The translations under genes and the position numbers were made by a program. From Octopus sinensis (taxonomy: Eukaryota): 64,000 bases of DNA. Numbering within the stretch: the stretch's first letter is position 1; each line of letters opens with the position of its first letter. Below the pieces are notes generated by a model. It was not told the DNA's origin, made no database searches, and saw only the letters and a list, made by a program, of their open reading frames with translations. Location of the stretch: NCBI RefSeq assembly GCF_006345805.1, contig NC_043010.1, positions 1,054,001-1,118,000 on the forward strand, in the 5' to 3' direction. Shown piece by piece: positions 40,030-53,940 of this stretch.

Positions 40030-41220
40030 AATTTTGGCACGAGGCCAGCAAGTTTGATTGAGTCAGAGGCAAGTTGATGTAATTGACTGGGACATATTTT
40101 ACTGACCCTGAAAAAGGATGAAAGGAAAAGTAGGCCTCAGTGGAATTCTGAACTCAGAATGTAAGGATGGATGAAATGCCAGTGGACATTTCACCCAGCT
40201 AGCTAGCAATCCTGCCAGCACCATCAGCTTAATAATGACACTAATAACAGCAAGGATAATGATTTCAGGGTGACGAGTTGGCAGAATCGTTAGCACACAG
40301 GGTGAAATGCTTGGTGGTATTTCGTCTGCCGTTACGTTCTGAGTTCAAATTCCGCTGAGGTCAACTTTGCCTTTCATCCTTTCAGAGTTGATAAATTAAG
40401 TATCAGTTACACACTGGGGTCGATGTAATCGACTTAATCCCTTTGTCTGTCCTTGTTTGTCCCCTCTGTGTTTAGCCCCTTGTGGGCAATAAAGAAAAAA
40501 GAATCGTTAGCACACAGGGCGAAATGCTAAGTGGTATTTCGTCTGCCGTTACATTCTGAGTTCAAATTCCTCCAAGGTCGACTTTGCTTTTATCTTTTCA
40601 GGGTCGATAAATTAAGTACCAGTTGTATAATAAGGTCTACTAGGGTCGATGTAATTGACTGCCCCCCTCCCAAAAAATTTCAGGCCATGTGCCTAGAGTA
40701 GAAAAGAAAAGAATTCTCTGAGGTGGCAAGCTGGCAGAAACGTTAGCACACCTGGCAAAATGCGTAGCCGTATTTTGTCTGCCGTTACGTTCTAAGTTCA
40801 AATTCTGCCAAAGTCGACTTTGCCTTTCATCATTTCGGGGTCAATAAATTAGGTACCAGTTACTCACTGGGATCAATATAATCGACTTAATCCATTTGTC
40901 TGTCCTTGTTAGTCCTCTCTGTGTTTTGTCCCTTGTGGGTAGTAAAGAAATAGGCATTTCGAGGGTCAATAAATTAAATACCAGTTGTGTACTCAGGTTG
41001 ATCTAATCACCTAGCTCCATCACCAAAAGTTTCATGTGCCAAGAGTAGGAAAGAATTGTTAGCACGCTGGGCAGAATGCTTAGAGACATTTCAACCGTCT
41101 TTACATTCTGAGCTCAAATTCCCCCAAGGTCAACTTTGCCTTTAATCCTTTCAGGGTCAATAAAATAAGTACCTGTTGAAGACTGGGGTCTCTGTAATTG
41201 ATTCATCCTTCCCCTAAAAT
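40030..41220. mobile_element. Cluster of about six SINE B copies (one minus, then tandem plus)
   Basis: Copies at about 40030-40225(-), 40265-40500, 40501-40710, 40720-40950, 40955-41055 (partial) and 41055-41220. Confidence 0.8.
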
Positions 41221-41311
41221 TATTATTATTGTTTTTATTGTTGTTTTAGCTGTTGTTGTTGTAGTTGATATTGTGATTGTTGTTATTGTTGTTGTTCTTA
41301 TAGTTGTAAAT

Positions 41312-41585
41312 GGGTAAAGACCCCCTTCGGTCATGAATGACCATGGGATTGCACATAGAAAGTTCCCCCTGGGCAAGGTTGCTTATGGAAGACCAGCAGT
41401 CACCTATGCATACCAGGCTACCCAAGGGAAAGACAAAGGGGCCGATACAGCTTGGCACCAGTGATGTTAGAACTCATTTCTACAGCTGAGTGAAATGGAG
41501 CAACGTGAAATAAAAAGTCTTGCTCAAGAACACAACACACTGCCTAGTCTGAGACTTGAACTCACTACCTGATGATTGTGAACCC
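41312..41585 (-). mobile_element. SINE family F
   Basis: Matches 7736-8020 with internal deletions. Confidence 0.8.
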
Positions 41586-41928
41586 AGGGTTAATGTTATT
41601 TCTCATCAACATTTTCCGATCATTGGCAGATATTTTAGGAAGAAAAGTGAGAAAGCAAAGAAAGAAAACCACCACCACCACCACAACAACAACAACAACA
41701 GAAATGAATGAAAAAGAAAGAAACAGTGACACACACACACACACACACACACAAAATTAATGACAACAAAGGGAAACAAAATAAAGGAATCAAATAAATA
41801 TATAACAATAAAAATAAAAAATATAGGAATAGCAGAGAAAGAAATGGAAGAATTGTTTAAAATGATATACAAATTCTAAACTGGAATTATAGATTGATTC
41901 AGAAAAATGTGGGAGTTGATAAAATATA

Positions 41929-41976
<48 letters not shown>

Positions 41977-42501
41977 AGACAGAAATAATGGGTTACAAAC
42001 CTTTATTTATTTATTATAGGCTTACAGCTGTTTCACAGATCAGTTTCTGTGTGTTAATGGTTCAATCTTATCAATCGTTCGATTGATCAACTGAAAATGT
42101 AGGAAACCCCCCACCCTGAGCTCACAAAAGCTTTTTGTTGTTGGCCTGTTGTATTTTCATCTAGAGAGAGATTAAGAAGTATTTCGATTAGATTGCTAAT
42201 CCTTTGTAATCCCTCTTTACTTTGATATATATGCGTAAATGTATGTATGTATGGATGGATGGATGGATGGATGGATGGATGGATGGGTTGATGGATGGAT
42301 GGGTTGATGGGTTGATGGATGGATGGGTTGATGGATGGATGGATGTATGTATGTATGGATGGATGTATGGGTTGATGGATGGATGTATGGATGGATGGAT
42401 AGACAGGTGGATGTATATATAGGTGTGTGTCAGTGTGTGTGTGTTAGCATGTGTGTCTGTGTGTGTGGTGTGTGTGTGTTTATATACATACATATATATA
42501 T

Positions 42502-42579
42502 ATTCCTTTTGCCAAGTCTGTCCGTAAACGAAGTGATCCCAAGATAAGAAATCTTTGAACTTTAATTCATCCGTATCTC

Positions 42580-42611
<32 letters not shown>

Positions 42612-43123
42612 CTGATCCCCCTAGTCGCCACTCTGTTTACTATTCAGCCTCGCCTCGTTTTTGCATATTCTGTATATTTCCTAGTTATCGTTATAGATAT
42701 TTAAGATCTATCTCCCTTACAGGGCTGATTAGAAATTGGCTGCCGGTTCTTCGCGGGGTTTCTCTCCCCCTCTTTTTACATTGTCTGTCTGGACTCCTCT
42801 TCCTACTCCTCGACATGGCTATGCATACTTAAGCTAGTAACCTGCCTCACTCTTGATTCCGAATTCCTTTTGCCAAGTCTGTCCGTAAACGAAGTGATCC
42901 CAAGATAAGAAATCTTTGAACTTTAATTCATCCGTATCTCTATTTATTATTATTATTTATTAATTATTATTATTCTGATCCCCCTAGTCGCCACTCTGTT
43001 TACTATTTCAGCCTCGCCTCGTTTTTGCATATTCTGTATAATTCACTAGTTATCGTTATAGATATTTAAGATCTATCTCCCTTACAGGGCTGATTAGAAA
43101 TTGGCTGCCGGTTCTCTTCGCGG
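42502..43123. repeat. About 255-bp near-identical direct duplication
   Basis: 42502-42756 is repeated at 42863-43123 (period 361); the differences are mostly small indels. Confidence 0.9.
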
Positions 43124-43207
43124 CGCGCCCGCCCTACCCACCCCCACCACCAATACCGGATATTCCCTCTATTTTGTCTCCAACTATACCGGATGTCTTT
43201 TCTTCTC

Positions 43208-43704
43208 CACCATTATAGTTTCTACTCTTTTTTTTTTTTTGAACCCCTCTCTTCACTACGCTATTTCACCATGCATTACCCCTCTCTCTCGATATCCTAC
43301 TTACGTTCTACTTGCCTAGAACCTGTCCTCTGAACCACCACCCCTGCCACTGGTGCTCCCCTATATTTCTGCACCCCCCCACCACCATTAATAGGTGTCT
43401 ACTCTTTGAACCCCCCTCTTCAATACGCTATTTCACCATGCATTAACCCCTCTCTCGATATCCTACGTTCTACTTGCCTAGAACCTGTCCTCTGAACCAC
43501 CCCTCCCACTGGTGCTCCCCTATATTTCTGCACCCCCCCCCCCCACCACCATTATAGGTGTCTACTCTTTGAACCCCCCTCTTCAATACGCTATTTCACC
43601 ATGCATTACCCCTCTCTCGATATCCTACGTACGTTACTGTGCCTATTACCTGTTCCTCTGAACCCCCCTCCCACTGGTGCTCCCCTATATTTCTGCACCC
43701 CCCC
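43208..43704. repeat. About 165-bp C-rich tandem repeat x3
   Basis: Units at about 43208-43380, 43381-43544 and 43545-43704, each ending ctcccctatatttctgcac(c)n. Confidence 0.9.
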
Positions 43705-43713
43705 ATAAAAAAA

Positions 43714-43949
43714 GCACCATCCGAACGTGGCCATGCCAGACCCCTCTGGCACCTGTGCAGGTGGCACGTAAAAAACACCCACTCACCTCGCGGAGTGGTT
43801 GGCGTTAGGAAGGGCATCCAGCTGTAGAAACACTGCCAGACTAGACTGGAGCCTGGGGCAGTCCCGAGCTCTCCAGACCCCGGTCGAAACCGTCCAACCC
43901 GTGCTAGCGCGGAAAACGGACGTTAAACGATGATGATGATGATGATGAT
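43714..43949 (+). mobile_element. Family E retroposon 3' end (RTE-type tail)
   Basis: ggcgttaggaagggcatccagctgtagaaa ... ccgtccaacccgtgctagcgcggaaaacggacgttaaac(gat)n; CpGs are retained, suggesting a young copy. Confidence 0.7.
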
Positions 43950-44631
43950 ATATATATATATATATCTTTTATCTTTACCTTGTTTGAATAACTGGACTGC
44001 AGCCATGCTGGGGCACTCGACCCCCCCCCCGGTTGGTTCCTTTGCCAAACTACTAAGTTACGAGGATGTAAACAAATCAACAAGAGTTTCAAGCAGCGAT
44101 ATGGGACAAATATAGACACATATATACATACATGTACCACGTCCTCGTGTTGTTTGTTTTGTTTTGGTTGTTATTTTTTTGTTTGGGGGGGATTAATTAT
44201 CAGGCTTTCACATAGCTTTAGTCTAGTGAATTCACTCACACACACTAACTAACTAACTAACTAACTAACTAATTCTCGATTTGCTTACACAATATTTCTA
44301 GAATAATTTCAAATACCAGGTAAAAAATAAGTTTGCAACAATAGTTTTATCAAAATGGTCACAAGTTTTATTTCTCCATGAATGGAAAAAGATGAACAAT
44401 CTGAACAGTTTTTAGTCAGCTTAGACCTTCATCAGGGAAAGCAATACCGGTCTTCTGTCCATAAAGATATTTTAGTTTATAATCATCACTTTGTTTACTT
44501 CCCACACTGAAGTCAACGTTGTATGCCCTACAATTCAAATTAAAAATATATATATCATCATCATCATCATAATCATCATCATCTTCATCATCGTTTAACG
44601 TCTGCTTTCCATACTAGCATGGTTGTATCTT

Positions 44632-45135
44632 TTAACTTTTACTTGCTTCAGTCATTGGACTGTGGTTATGGTGAAGTACCACCTGAAGGGTTTAGTGAAA
44701 CTAATTGACCCCAGTAATTATTTTTTTCAATTTTGTTACATATTTTATAAGTCATTTTTGCAGAACTGAGACCACTAACATATGGGGATGTAAACAAACC
44801 AACACTGGTTTTTAAGCAGTGGTAGTGGACAAGCAAAACAGTATTCATCCATTCATCCAGTCAACCATCCATCTGACCAGTCATCCATCCATCTATCCAT
44901 CCATGCATACACACACACATACATACATACATACATACACGCATACGTATATACATACATACATACATACATTTATACATACATGTATATACACATGATG
45001 GGCTTCAACACAGTCTCCTTTTATGAAATTCACTTGCTTGTCCCAAGGCTATAGTCATCCAAGACACTATGCAGTGGGATTGAACCCAAAACTATGTGAT
45101 TGCAAAGTGAGCTTCTTAACCACACAGCCATGCCA
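44632..45135 (-). mobile_element. Degenerate SINE family A
   Basis: Tail/body 44632-44840 and head 44995-45135, split by microsatellites. Confidence 0.65.
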
Positions 45136-45449
45136 TATAATATGTGTGTGCATGTGTGTGTGTTTGTGTGTTTGTTTGTGGTTGTGTGCATGTGTGTGTG
45201 TGTGTGTGTGTGCATATATTAGCCCTGTCATTTCATGTTTACCTCCCATCCGTGCCGTCTTGCATTGAATGGGTTGTCACAGTCCAAGTGATTTATTGTC
45301 GAGAGCCCTTCCATCCATGGAGTGCTGCTTGTGCATATCACTGGCCTTCGTTTCTATGAATGGATGCTCTTCCTATTGCCAACCTAGAGGCATTACCACA
45401 TGGTACCAACACCAGATACATTCAACGTGCATCCCTTCATACATACAAT

Positions 45450-45507
<58 letters not shown>

Positions 45508-45989
45508 TATGCATGTATGCCTATATGTAGAAATATTTGCTTTTATTAAATTTATTTCCTCCACTTTTCATTATAAATTTTCCATTTTCCATCTTTGTTT
45601 TTTATCAAATTACAATTATTTTTTTTTCTATTTTGTTTTCTTGCCATTATTGTTATCATTGTCATCATCATTATCATCATCATGTTTATCGTCATCATTG
45701 TCGTTGCTGTCAACATCATCGTCATCGTCATCGTCATCATCTTTCTTCTCTCTCTCTCTCCAACTTATTGTCATCCATTTGTTCCGTTATTTATTTATTT
45801 ATTCATTTATTATATTTTTTTTCCTCCCTTCCAAGTTATTTTATTATTTCACAGCGTCTTAGATAAAACTAATGTCTTCTTTTCGCTAGCACCCACCCCC
45901 ACCCCCTGCACCACCACCACTACCACTGCCGCTACCACCATTCCTTCCGTGCAACACGCCCCCTCCCCTCCTCCACTTCCTCTCCTCCT

Positions 45990-46256
45990 AACTTCACACC
46001 CTCCTCTCCCCACTCCCTCTCTTCTTCTCTAACAGCCATCAAAATTGCATGGTCGCATACGCAAATCACTCACACACACACACACACATATATACATGCA
46101 CATACACACATACATATTCAATAAATCCATCTCTCCACTGTTCTTCATTTCTCATCTCTCTCTTTCTTGCTCTCTGTTTCTCTGTCTCTGTTTCTCTCTT
46201 GCTCTCTTTCCCTCTCTTTCTCTATGACTATACCTATGCCTCTATTTTTGTCTTTC

Positions 46257-46355
<99 letters not shown>

Positions 46356-46368
46356 GTTTACCTATCTA

Positions 46369-46408
<40 letters not shown>

Positions 46409-46928
46409 ATCTATCTGTCTATCAATACCCTTGCACTATATTTCTCTTCCTTTCTCTGTCTCTCTCACCCTATAACACAGTCTCTCTCTCTGTGCCCCTT
46501 ACTACATATACACCTCTCTCTTTCCTGCCTATCTATACCCTCTCTCCATATTCTAATCTCTCTCTCTATCTATATCGCATTGTCTCTCTATACTTCTTAC
46601 CTCTTTCTACACTCTATCCATCAATCCATCCGTCTGTCCGTCCCTCTGTCTGTTCTCTCTCTCTCTCTCTTTGTCTCTCTCTCTCTCTATCTATTTATCT
46701 ATATATCTGTTTACTTGTTTATCTGTACCTCTCTCTCCCTCTCTCTCTCATCTCCTCTCTCATCTCATCTCCTCTCTTTTTCATCTCCTCTCTCTCTCTT
46801 TTCCTCTCTCTCTCTATTCTCCTGTCTCTCTCTCTCTGTCTCTCTCTCCCTCTCACTCACTTCCTTGCAATATTTCCTCACTTGTATTGCTGTTTCTGTA
46901 GTTGTCTTTGATGTTGTTGTTGTTATTA

Positions 46929-46992
<64 letters not shown>

Positions 46993-47147
46993 CATTATTA
47001 TTATTATTGCTACTCTATAGAAAAATAATAACGAAATTACTAGGAAAATGCAAAAAACCCACAGACATACACAAAAAAAAAGCAATGACTATGATGATGA
47101 CGATGATGATGATGGTAATAACAATGATGTGATGCTGGGAGTGGTGG

Positions 47148-47183
<36 letters not shown>

Positions 47184-47587
47184 CGATATCGATGCTGAGC
47201 ATTGCACAACTGACGAAATAAAGAAGAATCAGCAGTCACAAAGAGAAAGAAAAACAGCAGTAGTTGAAGGAGGTGGAGGAGGAGGAGGGGGAGAAGAAGA
47301 AGAAGAAGAAGAAGAAGAAGAAGAAGACAGAAGAAGGAGGAAAAGAAGAAGAAGAAGAAGAAGAGAAGAATGTGAGAAGAAGGAGAGAAGAAGAAGAAGA
47401 AGAAGAATGAAGAAGGAGAGATGAAGACAGAAGAAGAAGAAAGAAGAAAAGAAGAGAAGAAGAGAAGAAGAAGACGACTAAGATGAGAAGAGACATAAGA
47501 AGAAGAAGAAGAAGAAGAATAAGAAGAGAAGAAGAAGAACAACAACAACAACAACAACAACAAGAACAACAAGAACAACCAGAACAA

Positions 47588-47619
<32 letters not shown>

Positions 47620-48260
47620 AGAACAAGAGTGGGCTGAGAGACAAATATGAAAAGTGAAACAACGTGATTATGTTTTATGTGTTATAATTTGACATTTTGT
47701 CAGCTGCAAAACTTTTCAATTTCCACTCAATTTACACTATTGTGGTAAAAACAACCATTTCCTACCACCACCACCACCACCACCATCACCACTACCACCA
47801 ACACCACTATTACTACTATCACCACCACCATCACCACCACTACCACCACCACCAACAACAACACTACAACTACTATCACCACCACCACCACTACCACCAC
47901 CAACAGCAACACTACAACGACTATCACCACCACCATCACCACTACCACCAACACTACTACTACTTCTACTACCACCTACAACAACACCACCACACAACTA
48001 CTAATAACAACAGCAACACCACAACTACTACTACTACCACCACCACCACCACCACCACCACCACTACTACTACTGCTACTACATCCTGTAAAGTGTTGGT
48101 AGATTACTACAGCTTAAGCCGCTACAAGCTTTACTACAACAGCAACAACAGCTAACATCACCAGCACAACCATCACAGCCACTAACACTGCCACTACAAT
48201 CACGACGATGACGACGACTACCACACCACCACCACCACCACCACCAATACTGTCATCACA
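45990..48260. repeat. Mosaic of (CT)n, (CTAT)n, (ATT)n, (GAT)n, (GAA)n, (CAA)n and (CAC/CTA)n
   Basis: Direct inspection; accounts for the 323-aa, 215-aa and poly-His ORFs. Confidence 0.9.
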
Positions 48261-48857
48261 CATATCGTCAGCACCACTTCCTCCATCCTTACAACCAACA
48301 TCACCGCTACACTCACCACCATCACCATTGCAACTGCTAACTACCGTCCAACAACGGCTTGTTGGTAACCACTACCTCTACCATCTAAACTATCTTAGAG
48401 ACTGTCACATTTGCTAACCACTACTGCAGTCAACAACACCTTCATAGATGCCGAAATATCCATTACCATTACTACTACTAATACTAATAACTTCGACTGA
48501 GAATATTTCTGTATTTCTTCATCTTTACGTCTCTCTGGCATCTCCGTCTCTGATGACGATCTACGCAGCTTACGGAATCCTTACACAATATCATCATCCA
48601 CATGCTCGTCTGTTCTAGAAACGGTTGTAAGTAACTCTATGTTTATATTCTCTTTCTAAAATAAATGTATTTTTCTGATAGTGTACTACGTAGTCATTCG
48701 ACTTGCTAGAAATTCCGCCTCCCCCTCTCTCTCTCTCTCTCTCTCTTTCAGTTAAGGAAGTCTCGCCTTTATACATTGAAAAACAACAGACATCACAAAC
48801 AACAGCAACACGAATATTATCTCATCACTTTAAAGTTAAGCCATTCCTTCCTGAAAT

Positions 48858-49545
48858 GCGGCGAGCCGGCAAAATCGTTTGCACGTCGGACAAAACGATT
48901 AGCGACATTTCATCTGGCACTTTGTGCTCTGAGTTCAAATCTTGCCGAGGTCGACTTTGCCTTTCATTCTTTCGGGGTCAATAAAATAATTATCAGTTGA
49001 GCATTGGTGTCGCTGTAATCGACTTACTTCTTTCCCCCCAACCGCTGGCCTTGTGCCAAAAATTCGTCTGCCGTTACGTTCTGAGTTCAAATTCCGCCGA
49101 GGTCGACTTTGCCTTTCATCCTTTCGGGGTCGATAAATTAAGTACCAGTTATGCACTGGGGTCGATGTAATCGACTTAATCCCTTTGTTTGTCCTTGTTT
49201 GTCCCCTCTGTGTTTAGCCCCTTGTGGGCAATAAAGAAAAAAGAATCGTTAGCATATTGGGCGAAATGCTAAGTGGTATTTCGTCTGCCTTTACATTCTG
49301 AGTTCAAATTTGCTCGTCGGACATAACAATTAGGACATTTCAGCTGGAATTTTGTGCTCTGAGTTCTAATCTTGCCGAGGTCAACTTTGCCATTCATCCT
49401 TGTGCCAAAAAAAAAAAAAAAAAAATTGTTATTACAATTGTTACGAAGGCAAGCTGGCAGAATCGTTAACACTTCGGACAAAATGCTTAACAAGCAGCAT
49501 TTATTCCAGCCCTTTGCGTTCTGAGTTCAAATCCCGCCGAGGCAA
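48858..49545 (+). mobile_element. Tandem cluster of four SINE B copies
   Basis: About 48858-49065, 49065-49242, 49243-49400 and 49445-49545. Confidence 0.8.
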
Positions 49546-49894
49546 ATTCTAAGTCAACAAATACAGTTTATCAACAGCAATAGCAACATGACAACTGCTT
49601 TAAAATAACGTCAACAATAGCAAAATAGCAACAGGCCACATGTAATAAAGCACGGAAAGTTACGCAACAACAACAGCAACAGCAACAACAATCACTGCAC
49701 TGCACCCCCCCTCAAAAAAAAAACAGGAATAGCACAAAATAGTAAAAATACAATAAAGCAAATTATAATGGAAATGTGACATTAACGCAACAGCAGCAAT
49801 AACAACAAGATCTGTAGCAGCACCGTCAGCAACATCAGCAGCAGCAGTAATAACAGTAACAGCAGCATTATTATCAACAACAAGGAGCAACAGT

Positions 49895-50082
49895 GGAGGC
49901 GCAATGGCCCAGTGGTTAGGGCAGCGGACTCGCGGTCGTAAGAACGCGGTTTCGATTCCCAGACCGGGTATTGTGAGTGTTTATTGAGCAAAAACACCCA
50001 AGTTCCACGATGCTCAGGTGGGGTGGGTGGTGGACCCCGCTGTACTCTTTCACCACAACTTTCTCTCACTCTTTCTTCCTAC
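49895..50082 (+). mobile_element. SINE family C, 5' part
   Basis: Matches 20807-20985; B box ggtttcgattccc. Confidence 0.8.
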
Positions 50083-50156
50083 TTCTGCCACAAAGCAGAG
50101 GAACCATGGCGTAACCCACTATGGTGTGGTAGAACTTTCAGACCCTAGTCTTCATT

Positions 50157-50350
50157 CATTCATTGGAATTTACTATGCTACGCCAGACTTCACGGTCCAT
50201 CAAAGCATTACGGAGGTCCTGTTACTGGATGCCTGTATCCCTGGAGATTACATCAGGGTAGGAGAGTGTGCGCCCTCTGGTATCGCGAGTAGATGGCTTC
50301 CAGAGGAGAAGAGTAGAAATTGCTTCGTTTTCAGCTCTACAACAATGTCC
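50157..50350 (-). pseudogene. RTE-clade LINE ORF C-terminal remnant
   Basis: Translates GHCCRAENEAISTLLLWKPSTRDTRGRTLSYPDVISRDTGIQ*QDLRNALMDREVWRSIV, the typical RTE C-terminus (GHxxR..LLLW.P..GR..Y.D.I.RDTG..M.DR..WR); one in-frame stop. Confidence 0.75.
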
Positions 50351-51097
50351 TCTGTACCCTAGGATGGTTCAGCTCTCCACCTGTTCGTAGCTTTCGCACC
50401 CGTGCAACCGCCAATCTGTCGCATGTGGTGGGTGGATCTTCAAGTTGCCACACGCATTCTTAGTAGCTTAGAGTAGGCTTGAATTAGAGATTATTCTTTG
50501 TGGCTAATGGCGTGAATTCTGATTGGAAGAAGTAGAAGAAGAAGAAGAAGAAGAAGAAGAAGACAGCAACAATAACATTAGCAACAGCAGCAGTGGCCTG
50601 GCTCTTCGTCGGTTACGACAACGAGTGTTCCTGTTGATTCGACCGAACAGCCTGTTCGTTAAATTAACGTTCGAGTAGCTGAGTACTCCACACTAATCTT
50701 TACGTACATTTTCTTCTTATGCTTGCAACGGTTGTTACCGTTGTTGCCACTGCTTTTCATTTTCTCTTTTCTTTCTTTTTCCTTTTTTCTCGCAGTATCC
50801 AAGAAGGGCAGCGCCCCTGGCCTTTGGAATTAGTTCCACGTAGATCGATAAGATCGAATGTCATTAACGTAATTGCCAGGGAGATACAGCGTGACACAAA
50901 ATAGGACAAGGCTACCCCTTTGAAATGCGGGTAGAGCGATCGTGAGCCGAACAGCCTAACCACCAAACCCCGTGACTTCTTCACAACAACAGTAGCAACA
51001 ATATCCGTAGTAGCAATATCAGTCGCAACAACAGCAACAATTGTTGCAATACAAGCATAAGAAAATAAGGTACGTAAAGACTACAAAAGAACAACAA

Positions 51098-51250
51098 CGT
51101 GGCAGTGTGTTAGGTAGCTTGCTCACGAACCACATGGTTCTGGGTTCAGTCCCACTGCATGGCACCTTGGGCAAGTGTCTTCTACTATAGCCTCGGGCCG
51201 ACCAAAGCCTTGTGAGTGGATTTAGTAGATGGAAGCTGAAAGAAGCTAAC
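51098..51250 (+). mobile_element. SINE family A head
   Basis: gtggcagtgtgttaggtagcttgc..ggttcagtcccactgc..ccttgggcaagtgtc; a similar head lies at 53386-53542. Confidence 0.8.
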
Positions 51251-51399
51251 GTTTCTGCCAGCTCGCCGCCTTTTATTTTAGATTCTTTTATATGATACTG
51301 ATTGACCTGCTAAAAATAACAGTAATAATTTCCTTTATCCCACAGCTGCTGGCCGTTTTGAAAAAAAGACTACTTTGGATAATGGTCACCATTACCGGC

Positions 51400-51830
51400 A
51401 TATCTCCCTAGAGCACCAATTTTTTGCACCTGCCAGTTGGTCAATGTGTAACAATTAACTTCAAGGCCTATTATCAGAGAACTTTGAAATAACTCATAAA
51501 AAGCAATTGATAGTGAGAATAAACTAGTTATTAGAAACTTGTGCACAAATTCCAACGTTACCAATGGAAGTAGATGACGTAGCTGAGTTATAGGATGAAG
51601 TGAAACCCTCAGCAATGAAGTTTGTTTGGAATAAAACATGGCCAAACTCTATCCAGCACTTCACATGTTTTCGACCAGTTCATACGACGTTCTGAAAGAT
51701 ATTGTGACACTGGTAAAATGATACAGTTCGTAGAAGACTGTAGGATCGAGTTGTTAAGGTCCTCAAGAGAAAGTTTGTTAAATGAAGATATAACAGTGTT
51801 TGAACACGAGCGAGCTGCAAAGTTGGACTG
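51400..51830 (+). pseudogene. Decayed pogo/Tigger (DDE_1) transposase, C-terminal part
   Basis: Across frameshifts: LPVGQCVTINFKAYYQRTL, DEVKPSAMKFVWNKTWP, ELLRSSRESLLNEDITVFEHER, matching Tigger QPxDQGxIxNFKAYY, WxKLWP and ELLxSxxEELxNEDL motifs. Confidence 0.75.
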
Positions 51831-52386
51831 GCTCCATACAGTCCACTTCAGCCGACAGCAAAGGACGAGGTTAAAGAACAGGCATATATAGAGGGAGGGC
51901 TGCACGTTTTTGCCGACGACGAATTTAATCGTGAATGCCACACTAAAATTACATGAGTTCATGATTAGCTCAGAGATGTACAAAGAGATGATGTGACTTA
52001 AACGCCAAACAACTCTGGTTCAGTTTACCTTTGAAGTAACTTTCACTGTACTATCACCAGGCAACACTTATGGTGAGTATATATTGCATCTTTTAGCTTT
52101 TAGCTTGTACTTGTTTCAGTCATTAGACTGCGGCCATGCTGGGGGACCGCATTGAAGAATTTTTAATCGAACAAATCGACACAAATAATGTTTTTTTTTT
52201 GTAAGTCTGGTACTGACGTCCAACCCATGCCTGCGTGGAAAGCGGACGTAAAATGATGATGATGACGACGGATTTTCCTTCAAATATTTCTCTGTATACA
52301 TACTGTACCACCTGTGTTTATAAACTGATATTTTGATGCACAAATGTGGTTTTAATACATACATACATACATATATATATATATAT

Positions 52387-52434
<48 letters not shown>

Positions 52435-52589
52435 TATATATATATATATAATATATATATATATATACATGTGTGTGTGTGTGTGTATTTAGAGCTAAAC
52501 TACTAGGTGGATAACCATACGCTAGAAGGCTACTGTTTTAAACTGATATTAATTAAATTAATATTCAATTTATCTCCCTCCTCATTATT

Positions 52590-52664
<75 letters not shown>

Positions 52665-52685
52665 TAGATAGATAGATAGATAGAT

Positions 52686-52761
<76 letters not shown>

Positions 52762-53651
52762 TACAAACAAATACATCATTATTTATCCACGAAAAATCTT
52801 CCGTCGGAAGGGCATCTTAATTTCTAAACATAAAAATCGGCAGTAAAATAGTAAAATAGATTTCGTGTTACAACAAGATTTTGAAGAACTCGGAATTTAA
52901 AAAGGAGTGGTGGTGGTGGTGGTGGTGGTGGTAGCGGTACTGCTGCTGCTGCTGTATCACAGTTAAATAAGGAGGAGGATGGAGAAATTAGCTGAAATGA
53001 GAGGAGTTAGAATTAAGGAGGATAATGATAATTATGACGGACAGTGGTCAGCCATAAATCTATTTTGGACAGAGGTTTGAGTGATGGGGAGGAGTTATAG
53101 GGATGGTATGTGAGGGGATTGATAGGATGGGTTAGAGTAGTATAGCTATGACAGAGGCAATAAATTAGGGAATAAAGGTTTGGAAAAGGGGCGGGGCGGG
53201 GTTAGATAATGCTACTAATTATATCATTACGTATCCCCTTCTAATATCTGCATGCGATCGCTTAGGGGTTTTGAAGCCCTGCACATGTACGCAGAAGAAC
53301 ACACTCTTATGCATTCATGAGTGTATGTATATGTATGCATGTGTGCGTGTGTGCGTGTGTGTGTGCGTGTGTGTGTATGCGCAGACATGGCTGTTTGGTA
53401 AGTAGCTTGCTTACCAACCACATGATTCCGGGTTCAGTCCTACTGCGTGGCACCTTTGGCAAGTGTCCCCTACTATAGCCTCGAGCCGACCAAAGCCTTG
53501 GAGTGGATTTGGTTGACGGAAATTGAAAGAAGCCCGTCGTATGAATGTATATATATATATATGTATATAATATATATAGATATATATATATATATTATAT
53601 ATATATATAGATATATATAATTATATATATTATATATATATATATATAATA

Positions 53652-53686
<35 letters not shown>

Positions 53687-53940
53687 TATTATATATATAT
53701 ATATATATTAGTGTATGTATGTGTGTATGTTGATATATATATATATTGATAGATAGATATATATAAATGTATGTGTAGTGGATCTTGCAGGCATGAAGTG
53801 GATTCGATCCACCATAGCGAAATTTAAATTAACAATTCAACAGAACTTTTCTCACAGTAAAACAATAGTTTTTCTGTGACAGGAGTTTTACATTTCACAG
53901 ATTGCCTTAGCTATGTCTAAATAATGTCTTTACCACTTGA

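Noticed and set aside
42502-43123. LTR/TRIM or retrozyme interpretation of the direct repeat
   Set aside because: No TG..CA ends, PBS/PPT or HHR core.
44395-44440. Minus-strand CUGAUGA-A-GGUC(6)GACU-AAAA
   Set aside because: G12 is absent and no stem I can be formed; at best a fossil.
48540-48660. ctgatga ... gaaacggtt followed by AATAAA
   Set aside because: No credible stem I or stem II by eye.
53188-53201. Overlapping GC boxes ggggcggggcgggg
   Set aside because: No CpG island or transcript-start context; a motif alone is insufficient.
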